Source: Candidatus Bipolaricaulota bacterium
GTDB lineage: Bacteria > Patescibacteriota > Patescibacteriia > UBA11705 > DATKZF01
Direction of reading: 5' to 3'
Length of the DNA: 64,000 nt
NCBI GenBank assembly: GCA_035528115.1
Contig: DATKZF010000003.1
Span: forward strand, 487,089-551,088
Shown: positions 27,751 to 37,321 of the stretch, one piece after another
Layout: every line of letters starts with the position of its first letter
Numbering within the stretch: the first letter of the stretch is position 1
Position numbers and translations under genes: made by a program
Notes under the pieces: model-generated
Database searches by the model: none
The model's input: the letters and a program-made list of their open reading frames with translations, nothing else
What the model was told of the DNA's origin: nothing

Positions 27751-30273
27751 ATGGCAAAGTCGGCCAAAATAAAAAAAACAACCGGAGTCAAAAAAGCTAA
27801 AATAAAAAAACCGGTTGAAAAAGCTTCGGCCAAAAAAAATTCGGCGAAAAAAACGGTTAAGAAAAAAATCGCGGCCAAAACAAAACCGGTCAAATCCAAA
27901 AAAAGGGTTGTGACAAAAAAAAGGACTGTCTCGCCGATTAAAGCAAGCAAGCGGACAGAGCTGGCCAAAAAAGATTCGTCGAAAGAATTGGCCAAATTGA
28001 TCGCCGGCGAAGCGATGTCTGACATCGGCGCTGATTTTATTTTAAATAAAGCTTCTTTGGAGAAAAAAGACAGGCCGAATGTTTTCGTTTACAATAAACC
28101 TCAACCGAAAGTATCAGCGCATTTGCTTGATTTGAAAAACAGAATAGAAATTATCGAGGAAGAGACGGATTCTTTCACGATTTCTCGCGATACTTGCGAC
28201 GATTTCGCGCCGGTCAAATTATTAAAAGAAGAATTAAGCGAGCAATTCACCAAACCCAAGCTTTTCATTTTGCCGCTCGGCTGGGTAAAGGCTTTGGCCG
28301 GATTTATTGTTTTTTCATTGATCGTGGCCGGTCCCATTCAAGCTTTCGGCAATTATTATAAATTGAATAAAACTAAAGAAAGCGTGATCGGCTTGGCCAC
28401 GGGCGGTTTGAATGATCTGAAAACGGCTCAGGACAGCGCGGCCGGGAAAAATTTGGCGAAAGCGGGACAATATTTCAGTAGCGCCGGCGGCAATTTCAGT
28501 TCTGCAAAAGAGCAATTGGACGATATCAATGTTTTGCTCCAACCGATTTTGAAAATGATTCCCGTCGAAGGCAAGACTCTCGGAGACGCCGAGAATTTAT
28601 TGATCGTGGGAGAAAATTTATCGGTTTTGGGCCGATCGATCTCGGAAATATTCGATTTTTTTTACAATGACTCGTCGTCAATCACGGTAAAAATCGCCCG
28701 CATTAAGGAAGATAGCGCGAATCTTTTGCCGATCGCCGAGGAGACCGCGGAAAAAATAAAAAAAATAAATCCGAACGCGGTGCCGGAAGAAAACAAAGAA
28801 CAATTCGAACAGGCCAAAGAATTGATTGAAAAATTCGTCGCCGATTTGAAAACGATAGATTCATTATCCGATTTTTTGCTGGAAGTTCTCGGCGATTCGC
28901 AGAAAAAAAGATATTTGGTGGTTTTCCAAAACGATCGCGAGCTCAGACCGACCGGAGGATTTATAGGCAGTTACGCGATGGTGGACATATATCAAGGCGA
29001 AATTAAGAATATCGACATGCCCGGCGGCGGTTCGTATGATTTGCAAGGCGGCTTGCTGGAAAAAATCATCCCGCCAAAGCCCCTTTTATTGATCAATAAT
29101 CGTTGGGAATTTCAGGATTCGAATTGGTTTTTCGATTTTCCTTCTTCCGCGCGAAAAATGGCCTGGTTTTACGAAGCGGCCGGCGGACAGACCGTGGACG
29201 GAGTCATCGCGATCAACGCCGGATTGATCGAGGAATTATTGGCGTATTTGCCGCCGATCGATTTATCGGAATATGGCAAATCAATCAATGCCGACAATTT
29301 TATTGACGAGATTCAAAAATCAGTGGAACTCGAATACGATCGGTCGATAAACAGGCCAAAGCAGATTTTGTCCGACATGGCGCCGAAATTTCTTGAAGCC
29401 ATTTTTGAGGCCAAAGAAAATAATTTGATGAACATCGCTCAAACCTTGAACCGGAGTTTCGCGAAAAAGGACATCATGATGTATTTGGACGATCCCGAGA
29501 TGGAAACGGCGGTCATGGATTACAATTGGGCGGGCGAGGTAAAGGAAACGTCCATGGATTATCTGGCCGTGGTGGCCGCCAATATCGGCGGTCAGAAAAC
29601 CGACGGGGCGATCAAACAAGACATGGAATTGGTTTCGTCAATCGACAATCGCGGATTCATTATCAATCATTTGACCGTTAAAAGACGCCATAACGGCTCG
29701 CCGGACAATGTTTTTGAGAACGCGACCAACAGAGTGTATTTGAAAATTTACGTGCCTCAGGGCAGTCAAATCATTAATTCCTCAGGTTTTTCCAAAATTG
29801 ATGCCGGAGAATTTTTTCCATTGGCCGCGGGCGCGAAGCAAGACGAGTTTTTGTCCGATGAAGAAAGATTGATCGGCGTGGACAAATTATCCGGCTTGCA
29901 AATTTACGAAGAAGAAGGCAAAACCGTGTTCGCTGATTGGGTGGAAACTAAAGTCGGCGAGGAGTCGCAAATTGAAATTTCGTACATGCTGCCTTGGCAA
30001 TTAACCATGCCGGAAAAGTCCGAGGGCCTCGGCGCGATTTTCAATTCGCTTTTCAAAAAAGATCAAGAAGCGAATTATTATTCTTTGCTGATTCAAAAAC
30101 AATCGGGCGCGAAAAGCCGGCTCAGCGCTTCGGTGATATTGCCGGGCAAACAACAAATAACTTGGACATACCCTCAGGATTTTATTTTGGACGGTAAATC
30201 AAAAGGAACGTTAAACGCGGATCTGGACACCGATCAAATGATCGGTTTGGTATTCGAACCTCAAAAAAACTAA
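27751..30273 (+). CDS. Membrane-anchored DUF4012-family protein with an N-terminal lysine-rich histone-H1-like tail
   Basis: KKxxAKK repeats, one TM helix, then YLVVFQNDRELRPTGGFIGSYAMVDIYQGEIKNIDMPGGGSYD, which matches the DUF4012 signature. Confidence 0.7.
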   Translation: MAKSAKIKKTTGVKKAKIKKPVEKASAKKNSAKKTVKKKIAAKTKPVKSKKRVVTKKRTVSPIKASKRTELAKKDSSKELAKLIAGEAMSDIGADFILNKASLEKKDRPNVFVYNKPQPKVSAHLLDLKNRIEIIEEETDSFTISRDTCDDFAPVKLLKEELSEQFTKPKLFILPLGWVKALAGFIVFSLIVAGPIQAFGNYYKLNKTKESVIGLATGGLNDLKTAQDSAAGKNLAKAGQYFSSAGGNFSSAKEQLDDINVLLQPILKMIPVEGKTLGDAENLLIVGENLSVLGRSISEIFDFFYNDSSSITVKIARIKEDSANLLPIAEETAEKIKKINPNAVPEENKEQFEQAKELIEKFVADLKTIDSLSDFLLEVLGDSQKKRYLVVFQNDRELRPTGGFIGSYAMVDIYQGEIKNIDMPGGGSYDLQGGLLEKIIPPKPLLLINNRWEFQDSNWFFDFPSSARKMAWFYEAAGGQTVDGVIAINAGLIEELLAYLPPIDLSEYGKSINADNFIDEIQKSVELEYDRSINRPKQILSDMAPKFLEAIFEAKENNLMNIAQTLNRSFAKKDIMMYLDDPEMETAVMDYNWAGEVKETSMDYLAVVAANIGGQKTDGAIKQDMELVSSIDNRGFIINHLTVKRRHNGSPDNVFENATNRVYLKIYVPQGSQIINSSGFSKIDAGEFFPLAAGAKQDEFLSDEERLIGVDKLSGLQIYEEEGKTVFADWVETKVGEESQIEISYMLPWQLTMPEKSEGLGAIFNSLFKKDQEANYYSLLIQKQSGAKSRLSASVILPGKQQITWTYPQDFILDGKSKGTLNADLDTDQMIGLVFEPQKN

Positions 30274-30276
30274 ATT

Positions 30277-32289
30277 ATGATCGATAAAAAATCGTACAAT
30301 CAAGAAGAAAAAAAAGACAAAGGCAAAGAAGCCGTTGAGTCGGCCGATAAATCGGGAAGATTCAGCAGAAAAGAAAAAAAACAGTCTAAAAAAAGGCATG
30401 GGTTCAGTTTTTTTTCCAAACCTTCGAAAGCCATTGAATCGATAGCCTCGATTTACAAGCAAACGGACGAATTGTTTAAAAATAATGCGCCGATTGACGG
30501 TGAGGTTAAGGAAGAAGAGCAAATCCTGGCGCAGATCATGGAAAAAAGAAAAATCAGAAGGAAAAGAATGATAATTTTTTCGGCATTGTGCGGATTGGCT
30601 ATTATCGCCGGAGCCAGCGTGTTCGGATTTTTCGTTTTCAACAAGCGCCAGCAATTTTCCGAAGATAAAATAAATATTGAAATTCTCGGTCCGTCCGAGG
30701 CGATTATCGGCCAGGAAATTTCATATCTGATTAATTATGAAAATAAAGGAAATATTGATATCGATGACGTCAATGTTTTTATCAAATTGCCCCAGGGTTT
30801 TGATTTGATCGAAAAAATACCTGAGACCGATGGCACCAATTGGCATTTTGACAAATTGAAAGTGGGGGAATCCGGGCAAATAAAATTAACGGGTAAGCTT
30901 ATTGATCGAGCTGATTCCGAACAAAAAATGGCCGTGACTTTGAGCTATCAGCCGGAGAATTTCAGCTCCGAATTTTCCACGGGTGAAAATTTTTACACCC
31001 AGCTTCTGCCCGCGGAAATAGACACTGAGGTTTCCAGTCCGGAAACGGCCGCGCCCGGGCAAAAAATCAATTTGGTTATTTCTTATCAAAACAATTCGGA
31101 GAACGATTACGATAAATTCATTTTGAAACTATCGGCGCCGGCTGATTTTCAAATGCTGTCCAGTCAGCCCCAGGCGACGAATAACGAATGGCTGATAGAA
31201 AACATCGGCGCCGAATCGGACAAGCAAGAAATATCGGTCGAGGGCAAATTCGGCGAAGACTTGAATTTGGCCGAAGTCGAAATTGAGCAAAAATTTTCTT
31301 TGCAGGTTTTGTATCCGGGCAAGCTCGATAATAAGTTTTTGCAAAAAGAAGAGGGATTTTCCATCAGGCTTTCGGATGAAGAAATTTTCACCTATTTGAT
31401 CATCAACGGCAAAACGGAAAACAGCAACACTTGTTTCGGCAATGATTTAACCGGCAGTATTATTTTCAAAAACACGGGCGATAAGTCATTTGAAAATTTG
31501 ACCGCGAAATTGATCATCGAGCAATCACCCGTGGACGTGCTGGATTGGCAAAATTCCAATTTCGCCGGCGGCGTTAAGGCGAATATCGAAAACGGCAAAG
31601 AAATAAAATGGAGCCTTTCCGGCTTGCAGGCCAACAGCGAAAAAGTCATTGATTTTAAAATCCCGGTGGCCAAGCTGAGCGCTTTGAGCGATTTTTCAAA
31701 TGACAGTCTTTCCGCGCAAAAGCTTAAATTCCATTCGACCCTGTCCTTTCCGGATGAAGCTCGAACAATCGACAGCTCAGCGCTCGAAATAGGTTTGAAC
31801 AGCGATTTGAAATTGGGCATCAAGGCTTTGTATTATGACGCCGAGGGCAATGCCTTGGGCTCAGGGCCTCTGCCGCCGCAAGCCAATAAGAAGACGGAAT
31901 ATGTGATTTATTGGGATATTTCAAACAATTTGCATGAAATAACGGACATAAAAGTCAAAACAAAATTGGCCGAGAAAGTCAGCTGGGTGGGCGAGCAAAA
32001 AATTGGCGTCGGACAAATGAATTTTAACGCGGACACAGGTGAAGTGGTTTGGGAAATAAACCGGTTGCCCAAAAATATCAATGAGTCCCACGCCAATTTC
32101 AGAATCGGCTTGCGACCGCTTTCGGAAGACATCAGCAAGCTGATGAAATTGACCGAGACGACCACCATTGAAGCCAAGGACGCGGTGACCGGGGAAACGA
32201 TCGTCATGTCGCTTAATCCGATCACCAGCAATTTGGAATTCGATGACAAGGGCAAGGAAAAGGGAGTGGTGATACAAGAAATAGAATAA
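30277..32289 (+). CDS. Membrane-anchored surface protein with DUF11-type conserved repeat domains
   Basis: Basic N-terminus, TM helix, and repeated segments resembling DUF11/TIGR01451 (GQEISYLINYENKGNIDIDDVNV..LPQGF; GQKINLVISYQNNSEND). Confidence 0.5.
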   Translation: MIDKKSYNQEEKKDKGKEAVESADKSGRFSRKEKKQSKKRHGFSFFSKPSKAIESIASIYKQTDELFKNNAPIDGEVKEEEQILAQIMEKRKIRRKRMIIFSALCGLAIIAGASVFGFFVFNKRQQFSEDKINIEILGPSEAIIGQEISYLINYENKGNIDIDDVNVFIKLPQGFDLIEKIPETDGTNWHFDKLKVGESGQIKLTGKLIDRADSEQKMAVTLSYQPENFSSEFSTGENFYTQLLPAEIDTEVSSPETAAPGQKINLVISYQNNSENDYDKFILKLSAPADFQMLSSQPQATNNEWLIENIGAESDKQEISVEGKFGEDLNLAEVEIEQKFSLQVLYPGKLDNKFLQKEEGFSIRLSDEEIFTYLIINGKTENSNTCFGNDLTGSIIFKNTGDKSFENLTAKLIIEQSPVDVLDWQNSNFAGGVKANIENGKEIKWSLSGLQANSEKVIDFKIPVAKLSALSDFSNDSLSAQKLKFHSTLSFPDEARTIDSSALEIGLNSDLKLGIKALYYDAEGNALGSGPLPPQANKKTEYVIYWDISNNLHEITDIKVKTKLAEKVSWVGEQKIGVGQMNFNADTGEVVWEINRLPKNINESHANFRIGLRPLSEDISKLMKLTETTTIEAKDAVTGETIVMSLNPITSNLEFDDKGKEKGVVIQEIE

Positions 32290-32326
32290 CGCAAAATAAA
32301 TTCCAAGTTCCAAATATCAAATGTAT

Positions 32327-32359
32327 TAAAATAGCGGAAAGCTTGTCTTTTCGCTATTT
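32327..32359 (+). terminator. ATAGCGGAAAG-cttgtc-TTTTCGCTAT hairpin plus T run (AGCGGAAAG family)
   Basis: Imperfect stem located after the 30277-32289 gene. Confidence 0.5.
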
Positions 32360-32591
32360 TATGATAATTGTTTTTTTACTTCCAATTTGGTTTGCCTGCG
32401 ATTGTATGTTTTTTTGCTGGCTATCTTTTTCGTCGGCCGATGCAAAACGCCGGATTTTTTGCGGGTTTTTCGGCGAAGGCTTTTGATTTTTTCTCCGGGA
32501 GAATCGTAAATTTTAACAATGATTTTCTTTTTCATAAAATTTTTTGTTTTGTTGAATTAATTATATCATGAATTTATTTTCGGCGCGCGGG

Positions 32592-32644
32592 CGTCCGGGG
32601 GCGGCCGCCCTCGGACGTAGAGACGCGCCATGGCGCGTCTCTAC
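32592..32644. repeat. Two consecutive GC-rich hairpins: CGTCCG..CGGACG and GTAGAGACGCGCC-atgg-CGCGTCTCTAC (AGAGACGCG family)
   Basis: The second hairpin is nearly identical to those at 21352 and 51584. Confidence 0.6.
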
Positions 32645-33752
32645 AACGCGCGTTCGCGCGTTCGTCCGCGCGCCAAATCAAAAAGCGGCCATGAAAGCCG
32701 CTTTTAGATTAGCATCAACCTGCCATTTTACCCGATCAAGATGCTGTTGCCAAAAAACTGGATAGTTGGAGAGAGATTTAAAGAACATCTATCTCGTTTT
32801 TGGCAAACAGTATGCTGACAGGGTAAATCGCTCGCGAATCCTACCCGAATTTAACTATACGATGTATGACTTATTACTTGTAACTTCAAATCGTTAATTA
32901 AATTCGGGTAGGCGGGAAAAACTAGTTTGTTTTTCCCACCGGCTTCACCACTTACGGTAGGTTACACCGCCTTGCTTTGCTGGCGAGGCTGACGAGGGCC
33001 GGACACACGTATGCCCGGGAGCGGTTATTAACGGATCTCTCCGTCACTCCAGAGAAAGGCTACACCCCAAGGATTACTCCCCGAAAGGTTCACCAGCCCG
33101 TTGGAGCCAACCGCTGCGCAAAGTCCCCCGGATGGACAATCAGCGCTGTCGCGCCTTCTTCACGTCGGGCGCCCATCACGGTCATACCCAACGCTGCCTC
33201 ATTATGAGCATCTCTACTCCATCTCCTTGTAGATTGCCCTTGCCATGGAACCGGTCTTCGAAATTAGTGAAGACCGTCCCCCAAGTTTTTTATCTTGTTA
33301 CACAACTCCTATGGCCGGCCGTTTTTCAAATAGGTCCGGCTTGTTCGAAGCGTTGCAAGGGGTGGGGACTCTTCAGGGAGAGATCCCCTGTGGCGGATGA
33401 GCGATGGACCCTTTTTGGCGTTGGAGCTGAAAGCTCCTGGGTCCTGCGGTCGCGTGTCGCGCGACGCTTCATCCGCCGTTTCCGGTCCGGCCATCCTGAT
33501 GGCCGGCTAGCCTCGTTCTGGGCGCACCCGGCTAGCTGGGCGCGTTCTTTATGAGCACTGATACTCTCCTTTCTCGGTGATAAAGAATGAGCGCGCGCTC
33601 CCTTAGCCTATTTGGCCGAAGGAGCCGCCGTACGCGCTCAGCCAGCCTGAGTCTCCAAGTTAATCTTCGAAAATCAGGTTGGCCGGAGACGTCCTAGGTG
33701 AGGTTGTCTCCGATGGGGGAAAGAACGAGGAGGGGTGGGGTGGGGGAAAGGG

Positions 33753-34100
33753 TTACTTCTTCTTGCTCTTCTTGCCCTTCTCCTTACGAGCCTGGGACTG
33801 CAGCCCGGTCTGGCCCGACTCGGAGCCCTTGCTCTGGAGTCGGATCTCGCGATCGTTGTCGGCCCGCGCCTTGCGCCGCGCCTCCTGGTCCGCCGGCCGT
33901 CCCTTGCGGACGCCGCCGGGGCGGTTGAATTCCATTTTTCGGCCCCCGCTCCAACTGCCCCAGGGGGAGCTGACGGAGGATCGTCGGTTGCACTCCTCGA
34001 TGCGCTTGAGCACGAGCGGTGGTGGCTCCACGGAGACGAGCACGCATTTCGTCTGGGTCGGGGTGGGATCGGATTCTTTCGTGATCGCAACCATGTTCAT
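33753..34100 (-). CDS. Hypothetical small basic protein (115 aa) with a lysine-rich C-terminus inside a GC-rich islet
   Basis: Strong AAGGAGGG RBS 5 nt upstream of ATG and a TTGACA -35-like element; the sequence is not low-complexity except for the KEKGKKSKKK tail. Confidence 0.35.
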   Translation of the reverse strand: MNMVAITKESDPTPTQTKCVLVSVEPPPLVLKRIEECNRRSSVSSPWGSWSGGRKMEFNRPGGVRKGRPADQEARRKARADNDREIRLQSKGSESGQTGLQSQARKEKGKKSKKK

Positions 34101-34939
34101 TCCCTCCTTGGGGTGGGGTGGTTGTGTGTCCCTGAAACTACGATGTAGATGAGCGTGCTAAAGAAAGATTTGAAGGGTCATATAAATTAATAATTACCCT
34201 TGTCTTTTTTAGCTTTCTCTCTCCTCTACATCCCGGTTTCAGCGACTCTTTAAGGAAAAAAATAGACAGAAAAGATTCTGCCAGATCGCGAATCACAGCT
34301 TCGCGATAGCCTTGAACGAAAATTATGCTTTGTTCAGGGCTTGGCTGACTCTCTCCCAAAAGTCCGCTTGGTTTTCAAAGTTTCATTGTGACTTGGTATT
34401 ATATCATAATTTAATGAATTTGTCAAGCGTGGACGTAAAAAGGATTCATATTTTATCTAAAATTACATAAATCAAGAAGGATTATTAAGAGATGGCTTGT
34501 TTCGTCTCGCGCATTTGGCGCTTCGACGACCCACTTTTTGACGCCAAAAAGTGGGCAACCTGCCTGCCGGCAGGCAGGAAAGCGCTGGGGGAAAATGATT
34601 CGTAAAGCGACAATTTAATGTTAACAATCTCGCGACGGCTCAGCATTTTCCCCCAGACCCCCGGTGCTATCCGCGCGTGATTCGTCGATATTAGGACTTT
34701 TGCCTTTTATCTGCCTCATTGTTTTACCAAGGTTCGATTTTAACCGGCCAAAGAGGCAGGTAGCCGGCTACCTGCTTTTGAGAAATTAAGGAACGCTGAG
34801 GAGACCCCTGACGAATGCAAGGGGACGACGAAGCGAACCGGACGTTAGTCCATAACCTGCCCCCCGACCTTTAAAATAAGCAATAAAAAGGGAGGGGGGA
34901 CAAGGGGGGAGGGTTAAAATTATGAGGTTTCATGGCATA

Positions 34940-34975
34940 AAAAAAGCCGCCCCATTCGGGGCGGCTTGAAATTGA
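34940..34975. terminator. Bidirectional hairpin AAGCCGCCCC-attc-GGGGCGGCTT flanked by A and T runs
   Basis: Lies directly 3' of the minus-strand sugar transferase gene. Confidence 0.65.
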
Positions 34976-34984
34976 CGTTTATTA

Positions 34985-36412
34985 TTAAATGGCCGATAAA
35001 CCTTTTAGCACCACCCATGGCGTTTTCAAGAAAATCCACAAATCAAGGCGATATGACCAATTTTCAATATAATAGATGTCCATTTTTGCTTCTTCGTCAA
35101 AGGGCAGATCCGATCGTCCGCTGATTTGAGCCAGACCCGTTAATCCGGGTTTTATATCCAAGGTTCGAGTTTGCTCCTGAGAATAATTGGCCACTTCTCG
35201 GGGCTGATGAGGACGCGGGCCGACCAGGCTCATGTTGCCGATCAGCACATTGAAAAATTGCGGCAATTCGTCAATGCTGAACTTTCTGATGAATTTGCCG
35301 ACCTTGGTCACTCGCGGATCTTTTTTGATTTTATACAACGCGCCCCGCGACGCCCGTTGTTCCTTGATCAATTTATTTTCATACTCAAGCGCCTTTTTTC
35401 CGGCCTTGGTATTTTCATCCGTGCTGAATTCATTGTACATGGATCTGAATTTGTAAACGAAAAATTTATTGCCGTATTGTCCGACCCTTTCATTTTTGTA
35501 AATTATCGGGCCGCGCGACGTGATTTTAATGGCCAGAGCTGTCAACAATAAAATGGGGGAAAGCAGTAGCAATAAAATGAATGAGAAAACAATGTCCGCG
35601 GTTCGCTTAATGATTTTTCTCCAGCCGTCGAGCGGAGTTTTTTTGATTTCAATCACGGGAATGCCTCCGATCATGTGGGATTCGATGTTCGTGGACCTGG
35701 CCTCAAAAGGGCCTGCCGCGTATTTGAAAACGATGTGATTGTATTTGGCGAAATTCAAAAGTTTGATGGAATCTTTTCTGGAAATGTTGGGATCGGATTG
35801 AATGATTTCGTCAATGAAATATTTTTTGTGCCATTCGACCAACTTGTCGAAGGCCGTCGAATCGATTTCTTTGATTTGTCCGATGATTTTGAGTCCGAGC
35901 GAAGATTCCTTGTTTATCGTGTCTTTGATCGTCTGGGTGTACGCGTTATAGCCTACCAGCACGACTTTGTTAGTGCCCCAGCCCGTTTTGTACAAATGAT
36001 TTTGAATCATTCTGATGATAAATCTGCCCAGCACGATATAGACAATGCTCAATATCCAGGCGGCCAGAACAATGAATCTGGATTCAAAGAGTTCTCGCAC
36101 GAAAAACATGTAAATGATAATGGCGGCCATGCCCGTGGAACAAGCCATGAAAATGCGCGCCAATTCATCGGTCAAGGTCGGTTTTTTGAAATTGTAAAGT
36201 CTGCTTATAAAGAAGAAAAGAATCCAGACGACGGAGACGACGAGCGCCGCGATAATGTATTTGTCAAAAGGCAAATCAAAAATTACCGGTCTTATCTCGG
36301 TAATTTCTTGCTTGAATCTTAAAAAATACGCGGTAATGGCGGCCAGCAACAATAAAATATAGTCTGTCGCCAACCTAATAAGGACGAAAATTAATTCGGA
36401 TTTTTTTATCAT
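34985..36412 (-). CDS. Polyprenyl-phosphate glycosyl-1-phosphate transferase (WbaP/CpsE-type bacterial sugar transferase)
   Basis: Four N-terminal TM helices; C-terminal catalytic domain with KFRSM and DELPQFFNVLIGNMSLVGPRP motifs. Confidence 0.85.
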   Translation of the reverse strand: MIKKSELIFVLIRLATDYILLLLAAITAYFLRFKQEITEIRPVIFDLPFDKYIIAALVVSVVWILFFFISRLYNFKKPTLTDELARIFMACSTGMAAIIIYMFFVRELFESRFIVLAAWILSIVYIVLGRFIIRMIQNHLYKTGWGTNKVVLVGYNAYTQTIKDTINKESSLGLKIIGQIKEIDSTAFDKLVEWHKKYFIDEIIQSDPNISRKDSIKLLNFAKYNHIVFKYAAGPFEARSTNIESHMIGGIPVIEIKKTPLDGWRKIIKRTADIVFSFILLLLLSPILLLTALAIKITSRGPIIYKNERVGQYGNKFFVYKFRSMYNEFSTDENTKAGKKALEYENKLIKEQRASRGALYKIKKDPRVTKVGKFIRKFSIDELPQFFNVLIGNMSLVGPRPHQPREVANYSQEQTRTLDIKPGLTGLAQISGRSDLPFDEEAKMDIYYIENWSYRLDLWIFLKTPWVVLKGLSAI

Positions 36413-37321
36413 AGCATGGGTTTTATTGGAAGATAAATGACTACTATCATTATGCCAGTTTTATCGGTGTCTGGCAATGTCATTTGGCTTCCAATGATCT
36501 AAATAAGCCTGTAAGCCGAATTCTGTGGCCTCCGCCAAGAATTCGAACGGCAGATTTTAGAACCTGTCGGCCGAAGCCTTGGCGAAGGTCGATGACCATC
36601 TATCTAGGTCCGACATTGCTGCCGGACTCAAGCGAGCTACCAAATTTGCTCTTGCACCTGATAGGGTTTACCACGCTTGGACGTTGCCGTCCAAGGAGAG
36701 AAGTATGATTTAAATGGTCACGTGAACAATTTAACTTTTTTTCTTCTCACTTTTCACCTTTGGCCGCGAAGCGGCCACCCTGAGTGAGGAGCAGTGCGAC
36801 GAATCGAAGGGTGTAGATGTATCCTTCGACTCGCTATGCTCGCTCAGGATAGTCGCTTCGCGACTAGTATAGTCTCTGTGGCACTGGCCGTCGGCCGAGT
36901 TTCTTTCGACCCTATCTCAGAAATAATTTTCTATTCAATTGGCGAATTTAGGCTGCAAATTGTTCAAAACTCGTCACCATAATAATCATATTATGCTTCT
37001 TCGTCTTTCACAATTTTCGCTCTAAATTCGCTCAATCTCATTACGAAACTTATGTCTGAGATAGGGTCTTGTTATCTCGGCATCGCCCGGACGTTATCCG
37101 GTATCATTTTTTATGGTGTTCGGACTTTCCTCCCTCCTTCGCTCCTTGCTGCGCTCGAGCTTCGAAGGGCAAGCCCTCTTAGTTTGCGAGGGGGGTTGCC
37201 GTTCTTGGCTTCAAACAAAGCAAGGAGCGAAGAAGAGCGGTCATCCGGCTTATTCAGATCAATGAAATTATAGCAAAAAAATGATGAAATGTCAATGGTA
37301 ATTTAAAAACCGCCAGCATGG

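Noticed and set aside
32568-34152. Arg/Ala/Pro-rich ORFs on both strands of the GC-rich block (for example 33674-34090 minus, 33679-34152 plus, 33735-34148 plus)
   Set aside because: Overlapping ORFs in all frames with poly-R/A/P composition are the expected artefact of GC-rich DNA. Only 33753-34100 (minus) has a strong RBS and non-repetitive sequence, so only that one was kept.
35675-36322. 215-aa plus-strand ORF antisense to the sugar transferase gene
   Set aside because: It is fully contained in the well-supported WbaP-type gene on the other strand and has a repetitive, charged, low-complexity sequence.
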